Virus genome (UHGV): UHGV-1791444
DNA: 10,989 bases
Origin: a virus
Strand: one strand, 5' to 3'
Positions 1-8,326 of this stretch are shown here, piece after piece (positions within the stretch are counted from its first letter, which is position 1; the number at the start of each line of letters is the position of its first letter). The notes beneath the pieces were generated by a model. The model was not told the DNA's origin and did not search any database. It saw only the letters and a list, made by a program, of their open reading frames with translations. The position numbers and the translations under genes are program-made.

Positions 1-1320
1 GACCCAACCATTGGTCTTGCCCAGATTCAGAAACTCAAGGAGCAGAACAACCTGCTTCAACCCGGTGAAGAACTAACGCCTCAGCGTCAGATGCTTATTA
101 ATGCCGAAGCCAGCTTACTGGAAGCGGTCAAGCGTAAGTCCGCTGAACAGGCTAAGGAGAACACTAAGTTAATCCAGACCCAGAACAAGCAACTGGTCAT
201 AGACCAAGTATATCAGCGGCGGCTGGCTGGTGACAACGTGTCCACCAACTATGAGGACCTTCCGGTCTCAGATGCTACAGGCGAGTTCAAGCGTTCTGAC
301 ATGAACAACTATGCGTCTGCCAAGCTACAGCAGATTGACCAGATGGACATCCCTGAGGCCGCTAAAGACGCTCAGAAGGTGGCATTGTTAAGAGCTGACA
401 CTAACAACGGTCCGTTCCGTAATGCCTTCCAGACGCTTACTCAGGACGCTGCTGGTGAGTGGCAAGCTGCGGTCATCCGTGGACAGTACGACCCAGACAA
501 GATGAAACGCTTCGAGTCACTGCGTCGTGCCTACACTCAGGACCCTTCAAGTTTCGCTGCTCTGTATCCTGACCAAGCTCAGTTGTTCTCTACGTTCGAC
601 CAGATGGACAAGATGGGTCTGGACCCTCAGACGATGATTGAAGCTGATAAGCAAGCTGCAAGTCAAAGCCGTGAGATGCGCATGGAGTCAGACAAGGCGT
701 GGCAGGAGTTGAAGAACGACTCTCGGAATAAGGACCTTTCGCGTCTTCCTACGTCTCTGGACTCAAGTGCTCGTAAGGTCTGGGACTCATGGTACTATCG
801 TACAGGTAACGCTGACGCTGCAACTCAGCAGACTCAACGATGGCTGAATGAAAATACCGTAACGTTCCAGTCTGAAGGCTCTGACGGTAAGTCCATCGGC
901 ATGGTGTCCAAGCACCAGCTTATGGTCGGGGATAACCCTGAGTCGTGGCAGGTAGGTCGAGACATTATCGACACCGCCCGTAAGCAGCTCATTAAGGCCA
1001 ACCCTTGGGTAGTGAACTCTCAGTTGTCCGTTGTTGAACAGAACGGCTCTATCTTCCTCCAAGACGCTACAGGGACTATTCGTATTCGCTACGATAAAGA
1101 ACTTGTAGGTAAACTCTACCGCGAACAACAGCAGAAGGCACAGGATGCCGCATACGCTCAGGCAGAACGTGACGCTAACAAGCGAGCGCGTATCGTCGGG
1201 ACTAAAGCTGCTGGTGACAAACGTCGAGCTGACCGAGAGGCCAACATCGAGAAGCGCGGAGGGATGTACAATGACGTCTCATTGGAGGGTATCGCAAACG
1301 TACTAATCGGTAAGGAGTAA
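1..1320 (+). CDS. Internal virion (core/ejectosome) protein C, gp15-like; 5'-truncated by the window edge
   Basis: Frame 1 is open from base 1 with no stop until TAA at 1318-1320, so the CDS begins upstream of the window. It sits immediately before a gp16-like gene, as in T7. The charged, Gln-rich, probably alpha-helical composition fits T7 gp15. Identification is by synteny and recalled similarity, not a search. Confidence 0.8.
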   Translation, partial: DPTIGLAQIQKLKEQNNLLQPGEELTPQRQMLINAEASLLEAVKRKSAEQAKENTKLIQTQNKQLVIDQVYQRRLAGDNVSTNYEDLPVSDATGEFKRSDMNNYASAKLQQIDQMDIPEAAKDAQKVALLRADTNNGPFRNAFQTLTQDAAGEWQAAVIRGQYDPDKMKRFESLRRAYTQDPSSFAALYPDQAQLFSTFDQMDKMGLDPQTMIEADKQAASQSREMRMESDKAWQELKNDSRNKDLSRLPTSLDSSARKVWDSWYYRTGNADAATQQTQRWLNENTVTFQSEGSDGKSIGMVSKHQLMVGDNPESWQVGRDIIDTARKQLIKANPWVVNSQLSVVEQNGSIFLQDATGTIRIRYDKELVGKLYREQQQKAQDAAYAQAERDANKRARIVGTKAAGDKRRADREANIEKRGGMYNDVSLEGIANVLIGKE

Positions 1321-1324
1321 CATA

Positions 1325-4300
1325 ATGGTGACTCGTGGTATTCGCAATAACAATCCGGGTAACATCCGGGTAAGTAAGGACCAATGGGAAGGAATGACTG
1401 GAGATGATGGCGCATTCGTCACCTTCGATAGTCCAGAGTCTGGCGTCCGAGCTTTAGGTAAAAACCTGCTGTCCTACGGTCGCCGAGGTTATGACTCCAT
1501 CGAGAAGATTATCAACCGATGGGCACCTCCTAACGAGAACGACACTAAGGCTTATATTGACTCAGTGGTGGCTGCAACTGGTATTCCAGCTACCCAGAGT
1601 CTCGACCTATCGGACCCTGACACCCTGTCTTCTCTGGCTCAAGCTATCAGCTTCCATGAGACAGGATCCCGGTACGACCCTGAAGTCTATCAGAAGGGAG
1701 TCGCACGAGCACTCAATGGCATTAGCCCAAAGACTCCACCAGTAAGCGCTAACGTATTTGACGCACTCACGGAAGGACTCAAGGCTAAACCTAAAGCAGC
1801 TCTGGGTGAGAACCTTCCGACCGCTGCTGGTCTGAATATTGAGGGTCAAGCACCTGAAGCTCCAAACGAATCGTTCGGTGAGATGTTCTATAAATCTACT
1901 GGCGAGACCATGCAGGAGCGAGAAGACCGCTCTACGTGGTTTGGTTTTGGTGCTGCTACAGAAGCTGAAGTGAAGAACTCTATGGTCGGCGTGGCTATCC
2001 GCGCTGGTCAGACTGAGGACTCACTGGATGTCATTGGCGATGTGTTCAACCCGACGCGATGGAACAACCATAAGTGGTCTCGTGAGGAGCTGGACCAGAT
2101 TCGTAACGCTGGAGTTCTTCCTCAGTATTACGGGGTCATTACTGGTGGCTCACCTCAGAACCTGACCGAGCTTATTAACTTGGCGCTTGAGAACCAGAAG
2201 TTGGACCAAGAGAAGGCCAAGGCAGGGATTGGTGCTCAGTTAGCTGCTGGTGTGATTGGTGCTGGTGTAGACCCGCTGACCTACGTTCCTATAGCTGGAC
2301 AGGTTGGTAAAGGTGGTAAGCTAGTAAACAAGATGTTCACCGTGGCTGCTCAATCTGGAGCACTGGCTGGTGTGTCCGAGATGGCCCGTACCTCAGTGGC
2401 TGGCGGTGATGCTCATGTGGCTGAGGCTATCCTTGGCGGTGCTCTCTTCGGTGGAGGTATGACTGCTATCGCTGATGGTTTAGGCAGAGCCTTAGGTCGT
2501 AACACTAACGAGTTCGCTGGTCCAGCCACACGTCTGGAAGCTCGTGAGACAGCTCGTAACGTTGATGGTCAGGACCTGTCTCGTCTACCTATTCAAGAAG
2601 GTGAGGAGACCTTTAGTCATCACGGCGTTAAGTTCGCTGACGTTCCGAATGAGCCGGGTAGTGTACGACTTGAAGATGGTTCAATACTGATTGGTGAGAA
2701 CCCTCTGAACCCTAAGACACGTAAGGTCTTTGACGAAGTGATTGAGCCTGAACGTGCAGCTGCTGGTGTGAACCTTGGTGGACTAACTGAGATTGGCCTG
2801 AAGCTGCTTCGGTCTGAGAACCCTGAGATTCGTGGAGTCGCTGCCGACTTAGTGCGTTCACCAACTGGTATGCAGTCAGGGGCCTCAGGTAAAATCGGGA
2901 CCACTGCGTCAGACGTATTCGAGAGACTTCGTGCTGTGGACCATCGGTTCTACAACGACATCGACGACGCGGTTACTGAGGCGCTCAAGGACCCATACTT
3001 CCAGACAGCATTCTGGAGAGACTCTGGCGCATTCCGTCAGGACATCTACCAGCGTGTGTCTATGGCTATTGAAGACGGAAGTGTGAACCTGAAGGCTGAA
3101 CTGACTCCGGGAGAACTGAAAGTCTATGACCTGCTGAAGAACCAGTTTGACGCCAAGCGTGAGATGATGGAGAACCCGGCGATGTTTGGTCGTCCAGACG
3201 CTCAGTCTATCTTTCCGGGTAGCCGATTCAAGGGAACCTACGTACCACATGTATATAGCAACCAGATGAAGGAGCTGTACATCAAGGAACTTGGAAGTCC
3301 AGAGGCACTACAGGAGGCCATCAAGAAGTCATGGTTGACCAGCTATGCGTCTCGACCTGAGGTCAAGAAACGTGTGGACGAGGCACTCTTAGAGGCTGAC
3401 CCTACGTTGACTCCAGAAGGACTTGCGGCTGCGGTAGATAAGTACGCCAACGATAAGGCTTATGGTATCTCTCACACCGAGCAGTTCGAGCGTTCATCCG
3501 TAATGGAAGAGAACATCAATGGTCTGGTTGGTCTGGAGAACAACAGCTTCCTTGAGGCTCGTAACCTGTTCGACAGCGATATGTCAATAGTTCTTCCTAA
3601 TGGTCAAACCTTCAGTGTCAACAACCTGCGTGAGTGGGACATGGACAAGATTGTCCCGGCATACAACCGTCGAGTTAATGGTGACATTGCTATTATGGCT
3701 GGTACAGGCAAGACAACGAAAGAAATGAAGGACTTGGTTGAGACCATGATGAACAAGGCTGGTGATGACGGAAAGTTGAAAGGTGAAGTATCTACCTTGC
3801 GTGACACACTTAAGATTCTAACTGGTCGTGCTCGACGTGATGGTGCTGACGATGCAGCCTTCGCTACCGTGATGCGCACAATGACAGACCTATCGTTCTT
3901 CGCTAAGAATGCCTATATGGGTGTTCAGAACTTAACGGAGATTGGTGGTATGCTGGCCCGTGGTAACGTTCGTGCAATGCTGCATGGAGTCCCAATTTTC
4001 CGTGACCTAGCCTTCCGTAACAAGAAGGTTGGGGCCTCAGAGATTAAGGACCTGCACAATGTTATCTTTGGTAAGGAACTTGATGACTCAATACGCCCAT
4101 CTAAACAGGATGTCATTGACCGTCTGCGGTCTTACAGTGACCTCGGTCGTGGTACAGCTACAGCTCTGGGGACTGCCAAGTATTACACTGGTGAACTTGC
4201 AGTACGCTCTCCGTTCACTAAAGTTCTCAACGGTACGACCAACTACCTGTTAGATGCTGGACGTCAAGGCTTCCTGTCTGACATCGTGGAGCATAGCCTG

Positions 4301-5212
4301 ACTGGTAGTAAGCGTAAGTTCGATGACCGCTGGCTGAAGACCGCTGGTATATCTGACGAGCAGTGGAAGGGCATTAAGTCATTAATCCGTGAGTCAGTGA
4401 CTCGTGGTCCAGACGGGAAGTACACAATCAAGGATAAGAAGGCGTTCAGTCAGGACCCAAGGGCTATGGACCTGTGGCGTATGGGTGACACCATCGCTGA
4501 CGAAACGTTACTCCGTCCCCACAAGCTGTCAAACATGGACGCCAAGGCTTATGGTCCTCTCGCTAAGACTGTCCTTCAGTTTAAGAACTTCGTCGTCAAG
4601 TCCATCAATGGACGTACCATGCGAACCTTCTATAACGCCACGAAGAACAACCGAGCGATGGATGCTGCTCTATCTACCGTGATGTCTATGGGTCTGGCTG
4701 GTATCTACTACATGGCTCAGGCTCACGTCAAGGCTTACGCTATGCAGGATGGCAGAGACCGTGAATACCTCAAGCAAGCTCTTGACCCGACGATGATTGG
4801 TTATGCGGCTCTGTCCCGTAGTTCACATCTGGGTGGCCCACTTGGGGTAGCTAACATTCTGGGTGGCATCGCTGGGTATGAGGACACTAAGATGCTCCGT
4901 TCGTCTATCCTACCTCGTTCGCCTACAGAGAAGCCTGAACGTGCCATCGCGTATGGTGCGGCTACAAGTGACCCTGTTATGAATGTTGTTGGTAACTTCT
5001 TGGAGCAGGTTCCAGCTTTCGGATATGCTGCTAACGTTGGCGCTTCGGCTTACAACTTGGCTGGCTACCTCAAGGCTGATACTCGCGTCAACGAGCGTGA
5101 CTACATGACCGGGATGTATAATACGTTCCGTGAACTGGTTCCGAACGACCCAATTACCCAGAAGCTGTTGCTTGGAACGTTTGAGGAGCAAGGCATCCAC
5201 ATCAAGGACTAA
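1325..5212 (+). CDS. Internal virion protein D, gp16-like (1295 aa), with a divergent N-terminal domain
   Basis: ATG at 1325 lies 8 nt after an AAGGAG Shine-Dalgarno (1311-1316). Long stretches match T7 gp16 as I recall it: GAGVDPLTYVP, MRLEARETARN, RSPTGMQSGASGK, GTYVPHVY, SRPEVK, AYGISH, GLVGLENNSFLEARNLFDSD, RRVNGDIAIM, NGTTNYLLDA, DPRAMDLWR, ALSRSS, ELVPNDP. The first ~130 aa (MVTRGIRNNNPGNIR...) do not resemble the T7 N-terminus. Confidence 0.9.
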   Translation: MVTRGIRNNNPGNIRVSKDQWEGMTGDDGAFVTFDSPESGVRALGKNLLSYGRRGYDSIEKIINRWAPPNENDTKAYIDSVVAATGIPATQSLDLSDPDTLSSLAQAISFHETGSRYDPEVYQKGVARALNGISPKTPPVSANVFDALTEGLKAKPKAALGENLPTAAGLNIEGQAPEAPNESFGEMFYKSTGETMQEREDRSTWFGFGAATEAEVKNSMVGVAIRAGQTEDSLDVIGDVFNPTRWNNHKWSREELDQIRNAGVLPQYYGVITGGSPQNLTELINLALENQKLDQEKAKAGIGAQLAAGVIGAGVDPLTYVPIAGQVGKGGKLVNKMFTVAAQSGALAGVSEMARTSVAGGDAHVAEAILGGALFGGGMTAIADGLGRALGRNTNEFAGPATRLEARETARNVDGQDLSRLPIQEGEETFSHHGVKFADVPNEPGSVRLEDGSILIGENPLNPKTRKVFDEVIEPERAAAGVNLGGLTEIGLKLLRSENPEIRGVAADLVRSPTGMQSGASGKIGTTASDVFERLRAVDHRFYNDIDDAVTEALKDPYFQTAFWRDSGAFRQDIYQRVSMAIEDGSVNLKAELTPGELKVYDLLKNQFDAKREMMENPAMFGRPDAQSIFPGSRFKGTYVPHVYSNQMKELYIKELGSPEALQEAIKKSWLTSYASRPEVKKRVDEALLEADPTLTPEGLAAAVDKYANDKAYGISHTEQFERSSVMEENINGLVGLENNSFLEARNLFDSDMSIVLPNGQTFSVNNLREWDMDKIVPAYNRRVNGDIAIMAGTGKTTKEMKDLVETMMNKAGDDGKLKGEVSTLRDTLKILTGRARRDGADDAAFATVMRTMTDLSFFAKNAYMGVQNLTEIGGMLARGNVRAMLHGVPIFRDLAFRNKKVGASEIKDLHNVIFGKELDDSIRPSKQDVIDRLRSYSDLGRGTATALGTAKYYTGELAVRSPFTKVLNGTTNYLLDAGRQGFLSDIVEHSLTGSKRKFDDRWLKTAGISDEQWKGIKSLIRESVTRGPDGKYTIKDKKAFSQDPRAMDLWRMGDTIADETLLRPHKLSNMDAKAYGPLAKTVLQFKNFVVKSINGRTMRTFYNATKNNRAMDAALSTVMSMGLAGIYYMAQAHVKAYAMQDGRDREYLKQALDPTMIGYAALSRSSHLGGPLGVANILGGIAGYEDTKMLRSSILPRSPTEKPERAIAYGAATSDPVMNVVGNFLEQVPAFGYAANVGASAYNLAGYLKADTRVNERDYMTGMYNTFRELVPNDPITQKLLLGTFEEQGIHIKD

Positions 5213-5230
5213 ACTATCACTATAGGAAAC
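5208..5230 (+). promoter_or_regulatory. Phage single-subunit RNA polymerase promoter, phi17-equivalent (ACTAAACTATCACTATAGGAAAC; predicted +1 G at 5225)
   Basis: Contains the CACTATAGG core shared by T7/T3/K11-type promoters (T7 consensus TAATACGACTCACTATAGGGAGA). It overlaps the gp16 stop codon and lies 52 nt upstream of the gp17 ATG, the position of phi17 in T7. It matches the second site at 10181-10203 at 20 of 23 positions. Confidence 0.7.
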
Positions 5231-5276
5231 GGGAGGCGCTACCATAGGTCTCCGTTTAAATCACAAAGGAGGCATA

Positions 5277-7277
5277 ATGTCCACGATTACACAATTCCCT
5301 TCAGGAAACACTCGGTACAGGATTGAGTTCGACTACCTAGCCAGAACGTTTGTTGTTGTTACGCTGGTGAATAGCTCTAACCCTGCCCTGAACCGTGTAC
5401 TGGAAGTTGGTCGAGATTACCGATTCCTTAATCCAACGATGATTGAGATGTTGGTTGACCAATCAGGTTTCGACATCGTTCGTATTCACCGTCAGACTGG
5501 AACTGACTTAGTGGTAGACTTCAGGAATGGCTCAGTGTTGACAGCTAGTGACCTGACCAATTCAGAACTTCAGGCTATCCATATTGCAGAAGAAGGGCGA
5601 GACCAAACTGTTGACTTAGCGAAGGAATATGCCGATGCTGCTGGTATCTCTGCTGGCAACGCTAAGGATAGCGAGGACGAAGCACGACGAATAGTTTCGA
5701 GTATCAGGGAAGCTGGTCTAATTGGCTATATTACCCGTAGCTCCTTCGAGAAAGGCTTCAACGTTACACTATGGAACGAGGTCCTGCTAAGGGAAGAGGA
5801 TGGTTATTATTACCGCTGGGATGGTGCTCTCCCAAAAACAGTGCCTGCAGGTTCAACCCCTGATTCCAATTGGACTAACGTAGGTAAGCTGAATGGGCTT
5901 GATGAGCACTCACCTGAGAACTTTGGGGCAATCCCGAACGACCCCAGCTTTGACTGTCTACCTGCTATAAAATTGGCCATAGCTACAGGCACATTAAACC
6001 TTGATGGCAAGTCTACCTACCACGTAACAGATGAGGTTGTTATTCCCTCTTACCTACGTGGGAATCTAAATGGGGCAACAATTAAAGCAATTGGTCCTAC
6101 ATGGCCTGCCTTAAAATCTGTTGTTCGTGTTAGTAAATTTCCTATTGGAACCCCAACCGTTGATGTAGCTAATACTGAGAACCAGGTACGAGGTCTACGT
6201 TTGATTGGTAGTCTGAACATAGACTGTGCAGATATTGCATCTTATGGTTTTTACGCACGACTAATGTGTGCAGAATCCGAGATGGGTAGTATCTATGCAT
6301 ATAATGCTAATAGATATGGCATTGTAATGTTTGCTTGCTGGTATTTTCAAATGGGCACTCTCCATGCAAACAACTGTGCAAGGGGCATGGCATTAGGTTA
6401 TTCAACGGAAGGTGAGCAAGGGGATACATATGTAAATGCTACACACTTCCCTCACATTAGTGCATGGGGTACAGATAAGTCTATGGGACTAGGTTATGAC
6501 CCAATCACAGATGATGCGAGTAAATATACGATAGGTGCTGGTATTATCTTAGGTCGTGGTTTATCTACTAGTGTTGGTGTGATTTGCTCTGAGAATACGT
6601 CTGGTGCTGGGGTGGTAACAATGGACCCTGCTGCGTGGGACATTGGGGTCATGTACTGTGAGGGCAATAGTAAAGACTTTACTCAAGAGGGTGAGCCGAA
6701 GGTATCATTATTGTCATCTAAGGCTAACAGCGAGAGTCATACACTTACCATCTCTACACTTCACCTATCTGCTGGTTGTGGCATCTTAACCAGAAGTAGA
6801 CAAGAGCGCGTGTTAATCAGAAGTCTATATCGTTTTGATAATTCAAGAACCTTCCACTCTTATTGCACAGCAGACACAGTAGAGGTTGGTAGCAGCAACT
6901 ACTATGTACTTAACGGGCATAATTACAACGCACCTGCTGCACTTATTAAGGAACCCCTTAATGTAGATTTTGTGCGTTCAGGGCTGACTTTGAGTGAGTG
7001 GACATCTACCGTTATTGGTCATTTCGCCGGTAGTACAGCAGAACAGCAGCTTTATGTTAAGTTACCAGCAAGTCCTAGTGGCCTGGAACTACAGATAGCT
7101 AGTGAGGATGGAACAGAATATATCACTGTAACTGGTACAGATTTTAAAGCATCTCTGACTAAGCAAAGATTGCCTAGTAAACTGTATGAGATAAAGATTG
7201 GTGGGGTATCTACAGTACCAGTTGCCGATTGCTCTATTTTAGTCAGAAGTAGAAAAGGAGACTGGTACTACTGGTAA
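5277..7277 (+). CDS. Tail fiber/tailspike gp17: T7-like N-terminal tail-attachment domain fused to a putative right-handed beta-helix polysaccharide depolymerase domain
   Basis: AAGGAGG Shine-Dalgarno at 5266-5272, ATG at 5277. The first ~150 aa align with the recalled T7 gp17 N-terminus ([42 protein letters not shown] versus T7 FEYLARKFVVVTL, DYRF, LVDFTDGSILRAYDL, MHVAEEARD). The remainder has no T7 fiber similarity; it begins with an [25 protein letters not shown] motif typical of pectate-lyase-like beta-helix tailspikes and is rich in G/N/S/T. Confidence 0.85.
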   Translation: MSTITQFPSGNTRYRIEFDYLARTFVVVTLVNSSNPALNRVLEVGRDYRFLNPTMIEMLVDQSGFDIVRIHRQTGTDLVVDFRNGSVLTASDLTNSELQAIHIAEEGRDQTVDLAKEYADAAGISAGNAKDSEDEARRIVSSIREAGLIGYITRSSFEKGFNVTLWNEVLLREEDGYYYRWDGALPKTVPAGSTPDSNWTNVGKLNGLDEHSPENFGAIPNDPSFDCLPAIKLAIATGTLNLDGKSTYHVTDEVVIPSYLRGNLNGATIKAIGPTWPALKSVVRVSKFPIGTPTVDVANTENQVRGLRLIGSLNIDCADIASYGFYARLMCAESEMGSIYAYNANRYGIVMFACWYFQMGTLHANNCARGMALGYSTEGEQGDTYVNATHFPHISAWGTDKSMGLGYDPITDDASKYTIGAGIILGRGLSTSVGVICSENTSGAGVVTMDPAAWDIGVMYCEGNSKDFTQEGEPKVSLLSSKANSESHTLTISTLHLSAGCGILTRSRQERVLIRSLYRFDNSRTFHSYCTADTVEVGSSNYYVLNGHNYNAPAALIKEPLNVDFVRSGLTLSEWTSTVIGHFAGSTAEQQLYVKLPASPSGLELQIASEDGTEYITVTGTDFKASLTKQRLPSKLYEIKIGGVSTVPVADCSILVRSRKGDWYYW

Positions 7278-7319
7278 CAACTTTGGGTCACGGACGACCC
7301 GCTTTAAACTGGAGGTTTT

Positions 7320-7514
7320 ATGATTGAGTTAGACTTCAAGAATGAGGTCCTTAAAGCCTCTCCTATCGTCGGGACCGCTGCGGCTGATGGTGCCAGTCGG
7401 TTCTTCTTCGGACTTACACTGAACGAATGGTTCTACGTTGCAGCTATCGCGTACACCGTTGTCCAGATTGGTGTGCTAGTCTACAAAACGATTAAAGGAG
7501 GTGGTAAAACATGA
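7320..7514 (+). CDS. Type II holin, gp17.5-like (64 aa)
   Basis: GGAGG at 7310-7314, ATG at 7320. The protein matches recalled T7 gp17.5 (SPIVGTAAADGASRFFFGLTLNEWFYVAAIAYTVVQIG versus T7 APIVGTGVADVSARLFFGLSLNEWFYVAAIAYTVVQIG). It has one hydrophobic helix and a short charged C-terminus. Its stop overlaps the next start (ATGA at 7511-7514). Confidence 0.85.
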   Translation: MIELDFKNEVLKASPIVGTAAADGASRFFFGLTLNEWFYVAAIAYTVVQIGVLVYKTIKGGGKT

Positions 7515-7774
7515 CGCAGATGGACTTAGAGAAGTTCCTCTTGATGCTTGATACTGAACGTGCTCGACTCATGCTGCAAGACTTGCGGGATGACACTAAG
7601 CGTTCACCTCAGCTCTACAACGCCATTGAGAAGCTGCTTGCTCGTCACAACTTTGTGTTAAGCAAGGTGTCTGTGGACGAGAAGACGCTGGCTGATATGG
7701 AGGCCCTGAACGCAGAGTACGATAAGGTGCTTTCAGCGACTGAGGATAATGACACAGGGTATGGTGTTCAATAA
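7511..7774 (+). CDS. Terminase small subunit (DNA maturase A), gp18-like (87 aa)
   Basis: AAGGAGGTG Shine-Dalgarno at 7495-7503, ATG at 7511. The FLLMLDTERARLMLQDL...RSPQLYNAI motif matches recalled T7 gp18 (FLEMLDTAMAQRMLADL...RSPQLYNAI). Position between the holin and Rz is as in T7. Confidence 0.85.
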   Translation: MTQMDLEKFLLMLDTERARLMLQDLRDDTKRSPQLYNAIEKLLARHNFVLSKVSVDEKTLADMEALNAEYDKVLSATEDNDTGYGVQ

Positions 7775-7785
7775 GTGTTAGACTC

Positions 7786-7846
7786 AAGGTCATTACTATA
7801 TGTAGTGGCCTTTATGGTTAACACTAACTAGTGGAGGCGACTCCAC
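7786..7846 (+). promoter_or_regulatory. Candidate RNase III processing hairpins in the gp18/gp18.5 intergenic region (R18.5 analogue)
   Basis: In the transcript, 7786-7796 (AAGGUCAUUAC) can pair with 7802-7812 (GUAGUGGCCUU) across a UAUAU loop, giving 11 bp with two G-U pairs. A second small hairpin GTGGAG-GCGA-CTCCAC lies at 7831-7846. T7 has an RNase III site between genes 18 and 18.5. Structure was inspected by eye only. Confidence 0.3.
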
Positions 7847-7876
7847 GTGAAAATCTGATAAACCTGGAGGGCAACT

Positions 7877-8326
7877 ATGCTCGAATTTTTAAAGAGAGCG
7901 GCTCCGTGGTTACTTGCAGCAGTGATGTTTGCTGGTGGCTACCACACCGCTAACAATAAGTGGGAGGCTAAGGTCAATGCAGAATACACCTCGAATCTTA
8001 AGGCATCGGAAGATACAAGGCTTGCTGTACAAGCTGAAGTCGACAAAGTGTCCAAACGGTTTCAGGACGAAATGTCCTCTCTGGAAGGCAGCACTGATAG
8101 GATTATTGCTGACCTTCAGTCTGACAATAAGCGGCTGCGCATCCGAGTCAAACCTACGAGTGGAGCCACGCAAAGTGACGGTCGATGCGTCATTGATGGT
8201 TACGCCGAACTTGACGAACGAGATGCTAAACGTCTTATCGCCATCGGAGTGAAAGGAGACAAGTGGATTAAGGCCCTTCAGGACACGGTGAGAGCCTTAC
8301 AGCAAGATAAGGAGGTGACGAATTGA
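7877..8326 (+). CDS. Rz-like i-spanin, gp18.5-like (149 aa)
   Basis: GGAGG at 7866-7870, ATG at 7877. It has an N-terminal membrane anchor ([13 protein letters not shown]) and matches recalled T7 gp18.5 motifs ([49 protein letters not shown]). Confidence 0.85.
   Translation: MLEFLKRAAPWLLAAVMFAGGYHTANNKWEAKVNAEYTSNLKASEDTRLAVQAEVDKVSKRFQDEMSSLEGSTDRIIADLQSDNKRLRIRVKPTSGATQSDGRCVIDGYAELDERDAKRLIAIGVKGDKWIKALQDTVRALQQDKEVTN
7977..8252 (+). CDS. Rz1-like o-spanin lipoprotein, gp18.7-like, embedded in the +1 frame of Rz
   Basis: Lies entirely inside the gp18.5 gene in a different frame. The signal peptide and lipobox ([19 protein letters not shown]) are followed by ASES...SLMV.PNLT.EMLNV, close to recalled T7 gp18.7 ([23 protein letters not shown]...SLMVEPNLTTEMLNV). 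Start is set at the ATG at 7977; the frame is also open from a TTG at 7929. Confidence 0.7.
   Translation: MQNTPRILRHRKIQGLLYKLKSTKCPNGFRTKCPLWKAALIGLLLTFSLTISGCASESNLRVEPRKVTVDASLMVTPNLTNEMLNVLSPSE

Noticed and set aside
787-1415. Minus-strand ORFs (787-1128, 1158-1415, 1202-1384) overlapping the gp15/gp16 junction
   Set aside because: They lie antisense to strongly supported, T7-syntenic + strand genes; T7-like phages transcribe this region on one strand only, and these frames lack ribosome-binding sites and any recognisable protein features. Shadow ORFs.
1491-5245. Multiple 60-113 aa ORFs on both strands inside gp16 (e.g. 1491-1745 +, 1607-1849 -, 2620-2904 -, 2909-3250 -, 3604-3879 -, 3925-4116 -, 4029-4253 +, 4404-4682 +, 4910-5245 -)
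   Set aside because: All are nested in alternative frames of a 1295-aa CDS with clear gp16 similarity; their products are low-complexity, Arg/Ser/Pro/Cys-rich, typical of out-of-frame artefacts.
5810-6010. Minus-strand ORF 5810-6010 inside gp17, and minus/plus ORFs inside Rz (7910-8173 -) and gp18 (7596-7793 -)
   Set aside because: Antisense to well-supported genes with no independent evidence. The only embedded frame with real support in this area is the + strand Rz1 frame.
7285-7300. Small hairpin GGGTC-ACGGAC-GACCC after the gp17 stop as a possible transcription terminator
   Set aside because: Only a 5-bp stem with no following T-run, and T7-like phages have no terminator between gene 17 and the holin. 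More likely incidental or a minor mRNA structure adjacent to the holin ribosome-binding site.
7929-7976. Extended Rz1 start at TTG 7929
   Set aside because: The frame is open from 7929, but the ATG at 7977 is preceded by a GGAGG-type motif and gives an N-terminus comparable to T7 gp18.7; the 16-residue extension is unnecessary. The true start remains uncertain.
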